Assembly (NCBI GenBank): GCA_964016885.1
Contig: OZ024741.1
Location: 261,082,001-261,146,000 of the forward strand
Direction: 5' to 3'
Length of the DNA: 64,000 bases
DNA from: Eledone cirrhosa
Lineage: Eukaryota
This document shows, in pieces, positions 28,231-41,193 of the stretch. The stretch's first letter is position 1. The number at the start of each line of letters is the position of its first letter. The notes below the pieces were generated by a model. It was not told where the DNA came from. It ran no database searches and saw only the letters and a list, made by a program, of their open reading frames with translations. The position numbers and the translations under genes are program-made.

Positions 28231-30029
28231 GTTTCGCTTTACGAGTGTTTCGACTTACGAGTGTTTCGACATACGAGTGTTTCGACTTCCGAATGTTTTT
28301 GCTTACGGGTGTTTCGACTTACGAATGTTTCGGATACGAGTGTTTCGGCTTACGAGTGTTCCGACTTAGGAGTGTTTCGGCTTACGAGTGTTTCCGGCTT
28401 ACGAGTGTTTCGACTTACGAGTGTTTCGACTTTCGAGTGTTTTGACTTACGGTGTTTCGGCTTACGAGTGATTCGACTTACGAGTGTTTTGACTTACGGG
28501 TGTTCCGACTTACGAGTGTTTCGGTTTACGAGTGTTTCGACATACGAGTGTTTTGACTTACGGGTGTTTCGACTGACGGGTGTTTCGACTTACGAGTGTT
28601 TCGGCTTACGAGAGTTTCGACTTACTAATGTTTTTACTTACGAGTGTTTCGGTGTACGAATGTTTTGACTTAAGGATGTTTCGACTTACGAGTGTTTTGA
28701 CTTACGGTGTTTCGGCTTACGAGTGATTCGACTTACGAGTGTTTTGACTTACGGGTGTTTTGACTTACGGGTGTTGTGAATTACCAGTGTTCCGATTTAC
28801 GAGTGTTTTGACTTACGGTGTTTCGGCTTGCGAGTGTCTCGACTTACGAGTGTTTCGGCTTATGAGTGTTTCGACTTACTAATGTTTTTACTTACGAGTG
28901 TTTCGGCGTTCGAGTGTTTTGACTTACGAGTGTTTCGACTTACGAGTGTTTTGACTTACGAGTGTTCTGACTTACGAGTGTTCTGACTTACGAGTGTTTC
29001 GTCTTACGAGAGTTTCGACTTACTAATGTTTTTACTTACGAGTGTTTCGGTGTACGAATGTTTTGACTTAAGGATGTTTCGACTTACGAGTGTTTCGACT
29101 TACGAGTGTTTCGGCTTACGTGAGTTTCGACTTAAGAGTGTTCTGATTTACGAGTGTTCTGACTTGCGGGTGTTCTGATTTACGAGTGTTCCGACTTACG
29201 AGTGTTTCGGCTTATGAGTGTTTCGACTTACGGGTGTTTCGGCTTACGATTGTTTCGACTTACGAGTGTTTCGGTTTACGAGTGTTTCGGCTTATGAGTG
29301 TTTCGACTTACGAGTGTTTCGGCTTACGAGTGTTTCGACTTATGGGTGTTTCGACTTACGAGTGTTTTTACTTACGGTGTTTCGGCTTACGAGTGTTTCG
29401 ACATACGAGTGTTTTGACTTACGGGTGTTTCGGCTTACGAGTGTTTCGACTTACGAGTGTTTCGGCTTACGAGTGTTTCGACTTAATAATGTTTTTACTT
29501 ACGAGTGTTTCGGCGTACGAGAGTTTTGACTTACGAGTGTTTCGACTTACGAGTGTTTTGACTTACGAATGTTTTGACTTACGGGTGTTTCGGCTTATGA
29601 GTGTTTCGACTTACGAGTGTTTCGGCTTACGAGTGTTTCGACTTATTAATGTTTTTACTTACGAGTGTTTCGGCGTACGAGTGTTTCGACTTACGAGTGT
29701 TTCGACTTACGGGTGTTTTGACTTAAGGGTGTTTCGGCTTACGAGTGTTTCGACTTACGAGTGTTTTGACTTACGAGTGTTCTGATTTACGGATGTTTCG
29801 ACATACGAGTGTTTCGACTTACGAGTGTTTCGACTTATGAGTGTTTCGACTTACGAGTGTTGCGGCTTACGAGTGTTTCGACTTACGAGTGTTTTGACTT
29901 ACGGTGTTTCGGCTTACGAGTGTTTCGACTTACGAGTGTTTTGACTTACGGGTGTTTTGACATACGAGTGTTTCGATACGAGTGTTCTGACTTACGAGTG
30001 TTCTGACTTACGAGTGTTTTGACTTACGA

Positions 30030-32680
30030 GTGTTCTGACTTACGAGTGTTCCGACTTACGAGTGTTCCGACTTACGAGTGTTTCGGCTTACGAGTGTTTC
30101 CGGCTTACGAGTGTTTCGACTTACGAGTGTTTTGACTTACGGTGTTTCGGCTTACGAGTGATTCGACTTACGAGTGTTTTGACTTACGGGTGATTTGACT
30201 TACGGGTGTTGTGAATTACGAGTGTTCCGATTTACGAGTGTTTTGACTTACGGTGTTTCGGCTTACGAGTGATTCGACTTACGAATGTTTTGACTTACGG
30301 GTGTTTCGGCTTGCGAGTGTTTCGACTTACGAGTGTTTCGGCTTATGGGTGTTTCGACTTACTAATGTTTTTACTTACGACTGTTTCGGCGTACGAGTGT
30401 TTTGACTTACGAGTGTTTCGACTTACGAGTGTTTCGACTTACGAGTGTTTCGGCTTACGTGAGTTTCGATTTAAGAGTGTTCTGATTTACGAGTGTTCTG
30501 ACTTGCGGGTGTTCTGATTTACGAGTGTTCCGACTTACGAGTATTTCGGCTTATTAGTGTTTCGACTTACGAGTGTTTCGGCTTACGAGTGTTTCGACTT
30601 ATGGGTGTTTCGACTTACGAGTGTTTTTACTTACGGTGTTTCGGCTTACGAGTGTTTCGACATACGAGTGTTTTGACTTACGGGTGTTTCGACTTACGAG
30701 TGTTTTGACTTACGAATGTTTTGACTTACGGGTGTTTCGGCTTACGAGTGTTTCGACTTACGAGTGTTTCGGCTTACGAGTGTTTCGACTTACTAATGTT
30801 CTTACGAGTGTTTCGGCGTACGAGAGTTTTGACTTACGAGTGTTTCGACTTACGAGTGTTTCGACTTACGAGTGTTTTGACTTACGAATGTTTTGACTTA
30901 CGGGTGTTTCGGCTTACGAGTGTTTCGACTTACGAGTCTTTCGGCTTACGAGTGTTTCGACTTACTAATGTTTTTACCTACGAGTGTTTCGGCGTACGAG
31001 TGTTTCGACTTACGAGTGTTTCGACTAACGGGTGTTTTGACTTACGGGTGTTTCGGCTTACGAGTGTTTTGACTTACGAGTGTTTTGACTTAAGGGTGTT
31101 TCGACTTACGAGTATTTTTGGCTTACGAGTGTTTCGACTTACGAGTGTTTTGACTTACGAGTGTTCTGATTTACGGATGTTTCGACATACGAGTGTTTCG
31201 ACTTACGAGTATTTCGGCTTATGAGTGTTTCGACTTACGACTGTTTCGACTTACGAGTGTTTCGGCTTACGAGTGTTTCGACTTACGAGTGTTTTGACTT
31301 ACGGGTGTTTTGACATACGAGTGTTTCGATACGAGTGTTCTGACTTACGAGTGTTCTGACTTACGAGTGTTCCGACTTACGAGTGTTCCGACTTACGAGT
31401 GTTTCGGCTTACGAGTGTTTCCGGCTTACGAGTGTTTCGACTTACGAGTGTTTTGACTTACGGTGTTTCGGCTTACGAGTGATTCGACTTACGAGTGTTT
31501 TGACTTACGGGTGATTTGACTTACGGGTGTTGTGAATTACGAGTGTTCCGATTTACGAGTGTTTTGACTTACGGTGTTTCGGCTTACGAGTGATTCGACT
31601 TACGAATGTTTTGACTTACGGGTGTTTCGGCTTGCGAGTGTTTCGACTTACGAGTGTTTCGGCTTATGGGTGTTTCGACTTACTAATGTTTTTACTTACG
31701 ACTGTTTCGGCGTACGAGTGTTTTGACTTACGAGTGTTTCGACTTACGAGTGTTTCGACTTACGAGTGTTTCGGCTTACGTGAGTTTCGATTTAAGAGTG
31801 TTCTGATTTACGAGTGTTCTGACTTGCGGGTGTTCTGATTTACGAGTGTTCCGACTTACGAGTATTACGGCTTATTAGTGTTTCGACTTACGAGTGTTTC
31901 GGCTTACGAGTGTTTCGACTTATGGGTGTTTCGACTTACGAGTGTTTTTACTTACGGTGTTTCGGCTTACGAGTGTTTCGACATACGAGTGTTTTGACTT
32001 ACGGGTGTTTCGACTTACGAGTGTTTTGACTTACGAATGTTTTGACTTACGGGTGTTTCGGCTTACGAGTGTTTCGACTTACGAGTGTTTCGGCTTACGA
32101 GTGTTTCGACTTACTAATGTTCTTACGAGTGTTTCGGCGTACGAGAGTTTTGACTTACGAGTGTTTCGACTTACGAGTGTTTCGACTTACGAGTGTTTTG
32201 ACTTACGAATGTTTTGACTTACGGGTGTTTCGGCTTACGAGTGTTTCGACTTACGAGTCTTTCGGCTTACGAGTGTTTCGACTTACTAATGTTTTTACCT
32301 ACGAGTGTTTCGGCGTACGAGTGTTTCGACTTACGAGTGTTTCGACTAACGGGTGTTTTGACTTACGGGTGTTTCGGCTTACGAGTGTTTTGACTTACGA
32401 GTGTTTTGACTTAAGGGTGTTTCGACTTACGAGTATTTTTGGCTTACGAGTGTTTCGACTTACGAGTGTTTTGACTTACGAGTGTTCTGATTTACCGATG
32501 TTTCGACATACGAGTGTTTCGACTTACGAGTATTTCGGCTTATGAGTGTTTCGACTTACGACTGTTTCGACTTACGAGTGTTTCGGCTTACGAGTGTTTC
32601 GACTTACGAGTGTTTTGACTTACGGGTGTTTTGACATACGAGTGTTTCGATACGAGTGTTCTGACTTACGAGTGTTCTGA
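30030..32680 (+). repeat. Second occurrence of the 1321-bp tandem pair (approximate bounds)
   Basis: ORF offsets 30269/31590, 30573/31894, 30721/32042; the pair lies 9497 bp from the first. Confidence 0.85.
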
Positions 32681-35600
32681 CTTACGAGTGTTTTGACTCA
32701 CGAGTGTTCCGACTTACGAGTGTTCCGACTTACGAGTGTTTCGGCTTACGAGTGTTTCCGGCTTACGAGTGTTTCGACTTACGAGTGTTTTGACTTACGG
32801 TGTTTCGGCTTACGAGTGATTCGACTTACGAGTGTTTCGACTTACGAATGTTTCGGCTTACGAGTGTTTCGGCTTACGAGTGTTCCGACTTAGGAGTGTT
32901 TCGGCTTACGAGTGTTTCCGGCTTACGAGTGTTTCGACTTACGAGTCTTTCGACTTTCGAGTGTTTTGACTTAAGGTGTTTCGGCTTACGAGTGATTCGA
33001 CTTACGAGTGTTTTGACTTACGGGTGTTTTGACTTACGGGTGTTGTGAATTACCAGTGTTCCGATTTACGAGTGTTTTGACTTACGGTGTTTCGGCTTGC
33101 GAGTGTTTCGACTTACGAGTGTTTCGGCTTATGAGTGTTTCGACTTACTAATGTTTTTACTTACGAGTGTTTCGGCGTTCGAGTGTTTTGACTTACGAGT
33201 GTTTCGACTTACGAGTGTTTTGACTTACGAATGTTTTGACTTACGGGTGTTTCGGCTTACGGGTGTTTCGACTTACGAGTGTTTCGACTTACGAGTGTTC
33301 TGACTTACGAGTGTTCTGACTTACGAGTGTTCTGACTTACGAGTGTTCCGACTTACGAGTGTTTCGGTTTACGAGTGTTTCGACATACGAGTGTTTTGAC
33401 TTACGGGTGTTTCGACTTACGGGTGTTTCGAGTTACGAGTGTTTCGGCTTACGAGAGTTTCGACTTACTAATGTTTTTACTTACGAGTGTTTCGGTGTAC
33501 GAATGTTTTGACTTAAGGATGTTTCGACTTACGAGGGTTTCGACTTACGAGTGTTTCGGCTTACGTGAGTTTCGACTTAAGAGTGTTCTGATTTACGAGT
33601 GTTCTGACTTGCGGGTGTTCTGATTTACGAGTGTTCCGACTTACGAGTGTTTCGGCTTATGAGTGTTTCGACTTACGAGTGTTTCGGCTTACGAGTGTTT
33701 CGACTTATGGGTGTTTCGACTTACGAGTGTTTTTACTTACGGTGTTTCGGCTTACGAGTGTTTCGACATACGAGTGTTTTGACTTACGGGTGTTTCGGCT
33801 TACGAGTGTTTCGACTTACGAGTGTTTCGGCTTACGAGTGTTTCGACTTACTAATGTTTTTACTTACGAGTGTTTCGGCGTACGAGAGTTTTGACTTACG
33901 AGTGTTTCGACTTACGAGTGTTTTGACTTACGAATGTTTTGACTTACGGGTGTTTCGGCTTATGAGTGTTTCGACTTACGAGTCTTTCGGCTTACGAGTG
34001 TTTCGACTTACTAATGTTTTTACTTACGAGTGTTTCGGCGTACGATTGTTTCGACTTACGAGTGTTTCGACTTACGGGTGTTTTGACTTACGGGTGTTTC
34101 GGCTTACGAGTGTTTCGAATTACGAGTGTTTTGACTTAAGGGTGTTTCGACTTACGACTATTTTTGGCTTACGAGTGTTTCGACTTACGAGTGTTTCGAC
34201 TTACACGTGTTTCGGCTTACGATTGTTTCGACTTACGAGTGTTTCGATTTACGAGTGTTTCGACTTACGGGTGTTTTGACATACGATTGTTTGGGCTTAC
34301 GAATGTTTCGACTTACGAGTGTTTCGACTTACGAGTGTTTTGACTTATGGTGTTTCGGCTTACGAGTGTTTTGACTTACGAGTGTTTTGACTTACGGGTG
34401 TTTTGACATACGATTGTTTCGATACGATTGTTCTGACTTACGAGTGTTCTGACTTACGAGTGGTCTGACTTACGGGTGTTCTGACTTACGAGTGTTCCGA
34501 CTTACGAGTGTTTCGACTTACGAATGTTTTGGCTTACGAGTGTTTCGGCTTACGAGTGTTTCGGCTTATGAGTGTTTCGACTTACGAGTGTTTTGACTTA
34601 TGGTGATTCGGCTTACGAGTGTTTCGACATACGAGTGTTTTGACTTACGAGTGTTCTGACTTACGAGTGTTCTGACTTACGAGTGTTCTGACTTACGAGT
34701 GTTCTGACTTACGAGTGTTCTGACTTACGGGTGTTCTGACTTACGAGTGTTTCGACTTACTAATGTTTTTACCTACGAGTGTTTCGGCGTACGACTGTTT
34801 CGACTTACGAGTGTTTCGGCTTACGAGTGTTTCGACTTACTAATGTTTTTACTTACGAGTGTTTCGGCGTACGAGAGTTTTGACTTACGAGTGTTTCGAC
34901 TTACGAGTGTTTTGACTTACGAATGTTTTGACTTACGGGTGTTTGGGCTTATGAGTGTTTCGACTTACGAGTCTTTCGGCTTACGAGTGTTTCGACTTAC
35001 TAATGTTTTTACTTACGAGTGTTTCGGCGTACGAGTGTTTCGACTTACGAGTGTTTCGACTTACGGGTGTTTTGACTTACGGGTGTTTCGGCTTACGAGT
35101 GTTTCGAATTACGAGTGTTTTGACTTAAGGGTGTTTCGACTTACGAGTATTTTTGGCTTACGAGTGTTTCGACTTACGAGTATTTTTGGCTTACGAGTGT
35201 TTCGACTTACGAATGTTTTGACTTACGATTGTTTGGCTTACGAGTGTTCTGACTTACGGGTGTTCTGACTTACGAGTGTTCCGACTTACGAGTGTTTCGG
35301 CTTATGAGGGTTTCGACTTACGAGTGCTTCGGCTTACGAGTGTTTCGACTTACGAGTGTTTCGGCTTACGAGTGTTTCGACTTCCGAGTGTTTTGACTTA
35401 CGGGTGTTTCGGCTTACGAGTGTTTCGAATTACGAGTGTTTTGACTTACGAGTATTTCGACTTACGAGTGTTTTGACTTACGAATGTTTTGACTTACGGG
35501 TGTTTCGGCTTACGGGTGTTTCGACTTACGAGTGTTTCGACTTACGAGTGTTCTGACTTACGAGTGTTCTGACTTACGAGTGTTCTGACTTACGAGTGTT

Positions 35601-38600
35601 CCGACTTACGAGTGTTTCGGTTTACGAGTGTTTCGACATACGAGTGTTTTGACTTACGGGTCTTTCGACTTACGGGTGTTTCGACTTACGAGTGTTTCGG
35701 CTTACGAGAGTTTCGACTTACTAATGTTTTTACTTACGAGTGTTTCGGTGTACGAATGTTTTGACTTACGAGTGTTTCGACTTACGAGTGTTTTGACTTA
35801 CGAATGTTTTGACTCACGGGTGTTTCGGCTTACGGGTGTTTCGAATTACGAGTGTTTCGACTTACGAGTGTTCTGACTTACGAGTGTTCTGACTTGCGGG
35901 TGTTCTGATTTACGAGTGTTTCGACTTACGAGTGTTTCGGCTTATGAGTGTTTCGACTTACGAGTGTTTCGGCTTACGAGTGTTTCGACTTATGGGTGTT
36001 TCGACTTACGAGTGTTTTTACTTACAGTGTTTCGGCTTACGAGTGTTTCGACATACGAGTGTTTTGACTTACGGGTGTTTCGGCTTACGAGTGTTTCGAC
36101 TTACGAGTGTTTCGGCTTACGAGTGTTTCGATTACTAATGTTTTTCCTTACGAGTGTTTCGGCGTACGAGAGTTTTGACTTACGAGTGTTTCGACTTACG
36201 AGTGTTTTGACTTACGAATGTTTTGATTTACGGGTGTTTCGGCTTAGGAGTGTTTCGACTTACGAGTCTTTCGGCTTACGAGTGTTTCGACTTACTAATG
36301 TTTTTACTTACGAGTGTTTCGGCGTACGAGTGTTTCGACTTACGAGTGTTTCGACTTACGGGTGTTTTGACTTACGGGTGTTTCGGCTTACGAGTGTTTC
36401 GACTTACGAGTGTTTTGACTTAAGGGTGTTTCGACTTACGAGTATTTTTGGCTTACGGGTGTTTCGACTTACGAGTGTTTCGACTTACGAGTGTTTCGGC
36501 TTACGATTGTTTCGACTTACGAGTGTTTCGGTTTACGAGTGTTTCGACTTATGAGTGTTTCGACTTACGAGTGTTTCGGCTTACGAGTGTTTCGACTTAT
36601 GGGTGTTTCGACTTACGAGTGTTTTTACTTACGGTGTTTCGGCTTACGAGTGTTTCGACATACGAGTGTTTTGACTTACGGGTGTTTCGGCTTACGAGTG
36701 TTTCGACTTACGAATGTTTCGGCTTACGAGTGTTTCGACTTACTAATGTTTTTACTTACGAGTGTTTCGGCGTACGATAGTTTTGACTTACGAGTGTTTC
36801 GACTTACGAGTGTTTTGACTTACGAATGTTTTGACTTACGGGTGTTTCGGCCTATGAGTGTTTCGACTTACGAGTGTTTCGGCTTACGAGTGTTTCGACT
36901 TACGGGTGTTTCGGCTTACGATTGTTTCGACTTACGAGTGTTTCGGTTTACGAGTGTTTCGACTTATGAGTGTTTCGACTTACGAGTGTTTCGACTTACG
37001 AGTGTTTTTACTTACGGTGTTTCGGCTTACGAGTGTTTCGACATACGAGTGTTTTGACTTACGGGTGTTTCGGCTTACGATTGTTTCGACTTACGAGTGT
37101 TTCGGTTTACGAGTGTTTCGGCTTATGAGTGTTTCGACTTACGAGTGTTTCGGCTTACGAGTGTTTCGACTTATGGGTGTTTCGACTTACGAGTGTTTTT
37201 ACTTACGGTGTTTCGGCTTACGAGTGTTTCGACATACGAGTGTTTTGACTTACGGGTGTTTCGGCTTACGAGTGTTTCGACTTACGAATGTTTCGGCTTA
37301 CGAGTGTTTCGACTTACTAATGTTTTTACTTACGAGTGTTTCGGCGTACGATAGTTTTGACTTACGAGTGTTTCGACTTACGAGTGTTTTGACTTACGAA
37401 TGTTTTGACTTACGGGTGTTTCGGCCTATGAGTGTTTCGACTTACGAGTGTTTCGGCTTACGAGTGTTTCGACTTACTAATGTTTTTACTTACGAGTGTT
37501 TCGGCGTACGAGTGTTTCGACTTACGAGTTTTTCGACTTACGGGTGTTTTGACTTAAGGGTGTTTCGGCTTACGAGTGTTTCGACATACGAGTGTTCTGA
37601 TTTACGGATGTTTCGACATACGAGTGTTTCGACTTACGAGTGTTTCGACTTATGAGTGTTTCGACTTACGAGTGTTTCGGCTTACGAGTGTTTCGACTTA
37701 CGAGTGTTTTGACTTACGGTGTTTCGGCTTACGAGTGTTTCGACTTACGAGTGTTTTGACTTACGGGTGTTTTGACATACGAGTGTTTCGATACGAGTGT
37801 TCTGACTTACGAGTGTTCTGACTTACGAGTGTTTTGACTTACGAGTGTTCTGACTTACGAGTGTTCCGACTTACGAGTGTTCCGACTTACGAGTGTTTCG
37901 GCTTACGAGTGTTTCCGGCTTACGAGTGTTTCGACTTACGAGTGTTTGGACTTACGGTGTTTCGGCTTACGAGTGATTCGACTTACGAGTGTTTTGACTT
38001 ACGGGTGATTTGACTTACGGGTGTTGTGAATTACGAGTGTTCCGATTTACGAGTGTTTTGACTTACGGTGTTTCGGCTTACGAGTGATTCGACTTACGAA
38101 TGTTTTGACTTACGGGTGTTTCGGCTTGCGAGTGTTTCGACTTACGAGTGTTTCGGCTTATGGGTGTTTCGACTTACTAATGTTTTTACTTACGACTGTT
38201 TCGGCGTACGAGTGTTTTGACTTACGAGTGTTTCGACTTACGAGTGTTTCGACTTACGAGTGTTTCGGCTTACGTGAGTTTCGATTTAAGAGTGTTCTGA
38301 TTTACGAGTGTTCTGACTTGCGGGTGTTCTGATTTACGAGTGTTCCGATTTACGAGTGTTTTGACTTACGGTGTTTCGGCTTACGAGTGATTCGACTTAC
38401 GAATGTTTTGACTTACGGGTGTTTCGGCTTGCGAGTGTTTCGACTTACGAGTGTTTCGGCTTATGGGTGTTTCGACTTACTAATATTTTTACTTACGAGT
38501 GGTTCGGCGTACGAGTGTTTTGACTTACGAGTGTTTCGACTTACGAGTGTTTCGACTTACGAGTGTTTCGGCTTACGTGAGTTTCGACTTAAGAGTGTTC

Positions 38601-40023
38601 TGATTTACGAGTGTTCTGACTTGCGGGTGTTCTGATTTACGAGTGTTCCGACTTACGAGTGTTTCGGCTTATTAGTGTTTCGACTTACGAGTGTTTCGGC
38701 TTACGAGTGTTTCGACTTATGGGTGTTTCGACTTACGAGTGTTTTTACTTACGGTGTTTCGGCTTACGAGTGTTTCGACATACGAGTGTTTTGACTTACG
38801 GGTGTTTCGACTTACGAGTGTTTTGACTTACGAATGTTTTGACTTACGGGTGTTTCGGCTTACGAGTGTTTCGACCTACGAGTGTTTCGACTTACTAATG
38901 TTCGAACTTACGAGTGTTTCGGCGTACGAGAGTTTTGACTTACGAGTGTTTCGACTTACGAGTGTTTCGACTTACGAGTGTTTTGACTTACGAATGTTTT
39001 GACTTACGGGTGTTTCGGCTTACGAGTGTTTCGACTTACGAGTCTTTCGGCTTACGAGTGTTTCGACTTACTAATGTTTTTACTTACGAGTGTTTCGGCG
39101 TACGAGTGTTTCGACTTACGAGTGTTTCGATTTACGGGTGTTTTGACTTACGGGTGTTTCGGCTTACGAGTGTTTTGACTTTCGAGTGTTTTGACTTAAG
39201 GGTGTTTCGACTTACGAGTATTTCTGGCTTACGAGTGTTTCGACTTACGAGTGTTTTGACTTACGAGTGTTCTGATTTACGGATGTTTCGACATACGAGT
39301 GTTTCGACTTACGAGTGTTTCGACTTATGAGTGTTTCGACTTACGAGTGTTTTGGCTTATGAATGTTTCGACTTACGAGTGCCTCGGCTTACGAGTGTTT
39401 CGACTTACGAGTATTTCGGCTTACGAGTGTTTCGACGTACGAATGTTTTGGCTTACGAGTGTTTCGGCTTATGAGTGTTTCGGCTTACGAGTGTTTCGAC
39501 TTACGAGGGTTTCGGCTTACGAGTGTTTCAGTGTTTCGGCTTACGTGTGTTTCGACTTACGAGTGTTTCGACTTACGACTGTTTCGGCTTACGAGTGTAT
39601 CGGCTTACGAGTGTTTCGGCTTACGAGTGTTTTGACTTACGAGTGTTTTGACTTACGATTGTTTGGCTTACGAGTGTTCTGACTTACGGGTGTTCTGACT
39701 TACGAGTGTTCCGACTTACGAGTGTTTCGGCTTACGAGTGTTTCGACTTACGAGTGTTTCGACTTACGAGTGTTTCGACTTACGGGTGTTTCGACTTACG
39801 AGTGGTTTGGCTTACGGTGTTTCGGCTTACGAGTGTTTCGAGTTACGAGTGTTTTGACTTACGCGTGTTTTGACATACGAGTGTTTCGATACGAGTGTTC
39901 TGACTTACGAGTGTTCTGACTTACGAGTGTTCTGACTTACGAGTGTTCTGACTTACGAGTGTTCCGACTTTACGAGTGTTTCGGCTCACGAGTGTTTCGG
40001 CTTACGAGTGTTTCGACTTACGA

Positions 40024-40092
40024 AAATAACAAATAGACGCGGTTTCAAATCTCTATGATTTTCAAATTCATTACATTAATCTTTATTTATAC
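40024..40092. repeat. 69-bp spacer, copy 7 (haplotype A)
   Basis: Same sequence as copy 1. Confidence 0.95.
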
Positions 40093-41193
40093 GTTTCGCT
40101 TTACGAGTGTTTCGACTTACGTGTGTTTCGACATACGAGTGTTTCGACTTCCGAATGTTTTTGCTTACGGGTGTTTCGACTTACGAATGTTTCGGCTTAC
40201 GAGTGTTTCGGCTTACGAGTGTTCCGACTTAGGAGTGTTTCGGCTTACGAGTGTTTCCGGCTTACGAGTGTTTGGACTTACGAGTGTTTCGACTTACGGG
40301 TGTTCCGACTTACGAGTGTTTCGGTTTACGAGTGTTTCGACATACGAGTGTTTTGACTTACGGGTGTTTCGACTTACGGGTGTTTCGACTTACGAGTGTT
40401 TCGGCTTACGAGAGTTTCGACTTACTAATGTTTTTACTTACGAGTGTTTCGGTGTACGAATGTTTTGACTTAAGGATGTTTCGACTTACGAGTGTTTTGA
40501 CTTACGGTGTTTCGGCTTACGAGTGATTCGACTTACGAGTGTTTTGACTTACGGGTGTTTTGACTTACGGGTGTTGTGAATTACCAGTGTTCCGATTTAC
40601 GAGTGTTTTGACTTACGGTGTTTCGGCTTGCGAGTGTTTCGACTTACGAGTGTTTCGGCTTATGAGTGTTTCGACTTACTAATGTTTTTATTTACGAGTG
40701 TTTCGGCGTTCGAGTGTTTTGACTTACGAGTGTTTCGACTTACGAGTGTTTTGACTTACGAATGTTTTGACTTACGGGTGTTTCGGCTTACGGGTGTTTC
40801 GACTTACGAGTGTTTCGACTTACGAGTGTTCTGACTTACGAGTGTTCTGACTTACGAGTGTTCTGACTTACGAGTGTTCCGACTTACGAGTGTTTCGGTT
40901 TACGAGTGTTTCGACATACGAGTGTTTTGACTTACGGGTCTTTCGACTTACGGGTGTTTCGACTTACGAGTGTTTCGGCTTACGAGAGTTTCGACTTACT
41001 AATGTTTTTACTTACGAGTGTTTCGGTGTACGAATGTTTTGACTTACGAGTGTTTCGACTTACGAGTCTTTTGACTTACGAATGTTTTGACTTACGGGTG
41101 TTTCGGCTTACGGGTGTTTCGACTTACGAGTGTTTCGACTTACGAGTGTTCTGACTTACGAGTGTTCTGACTTGCGGGTGTTCTGATTTACGA

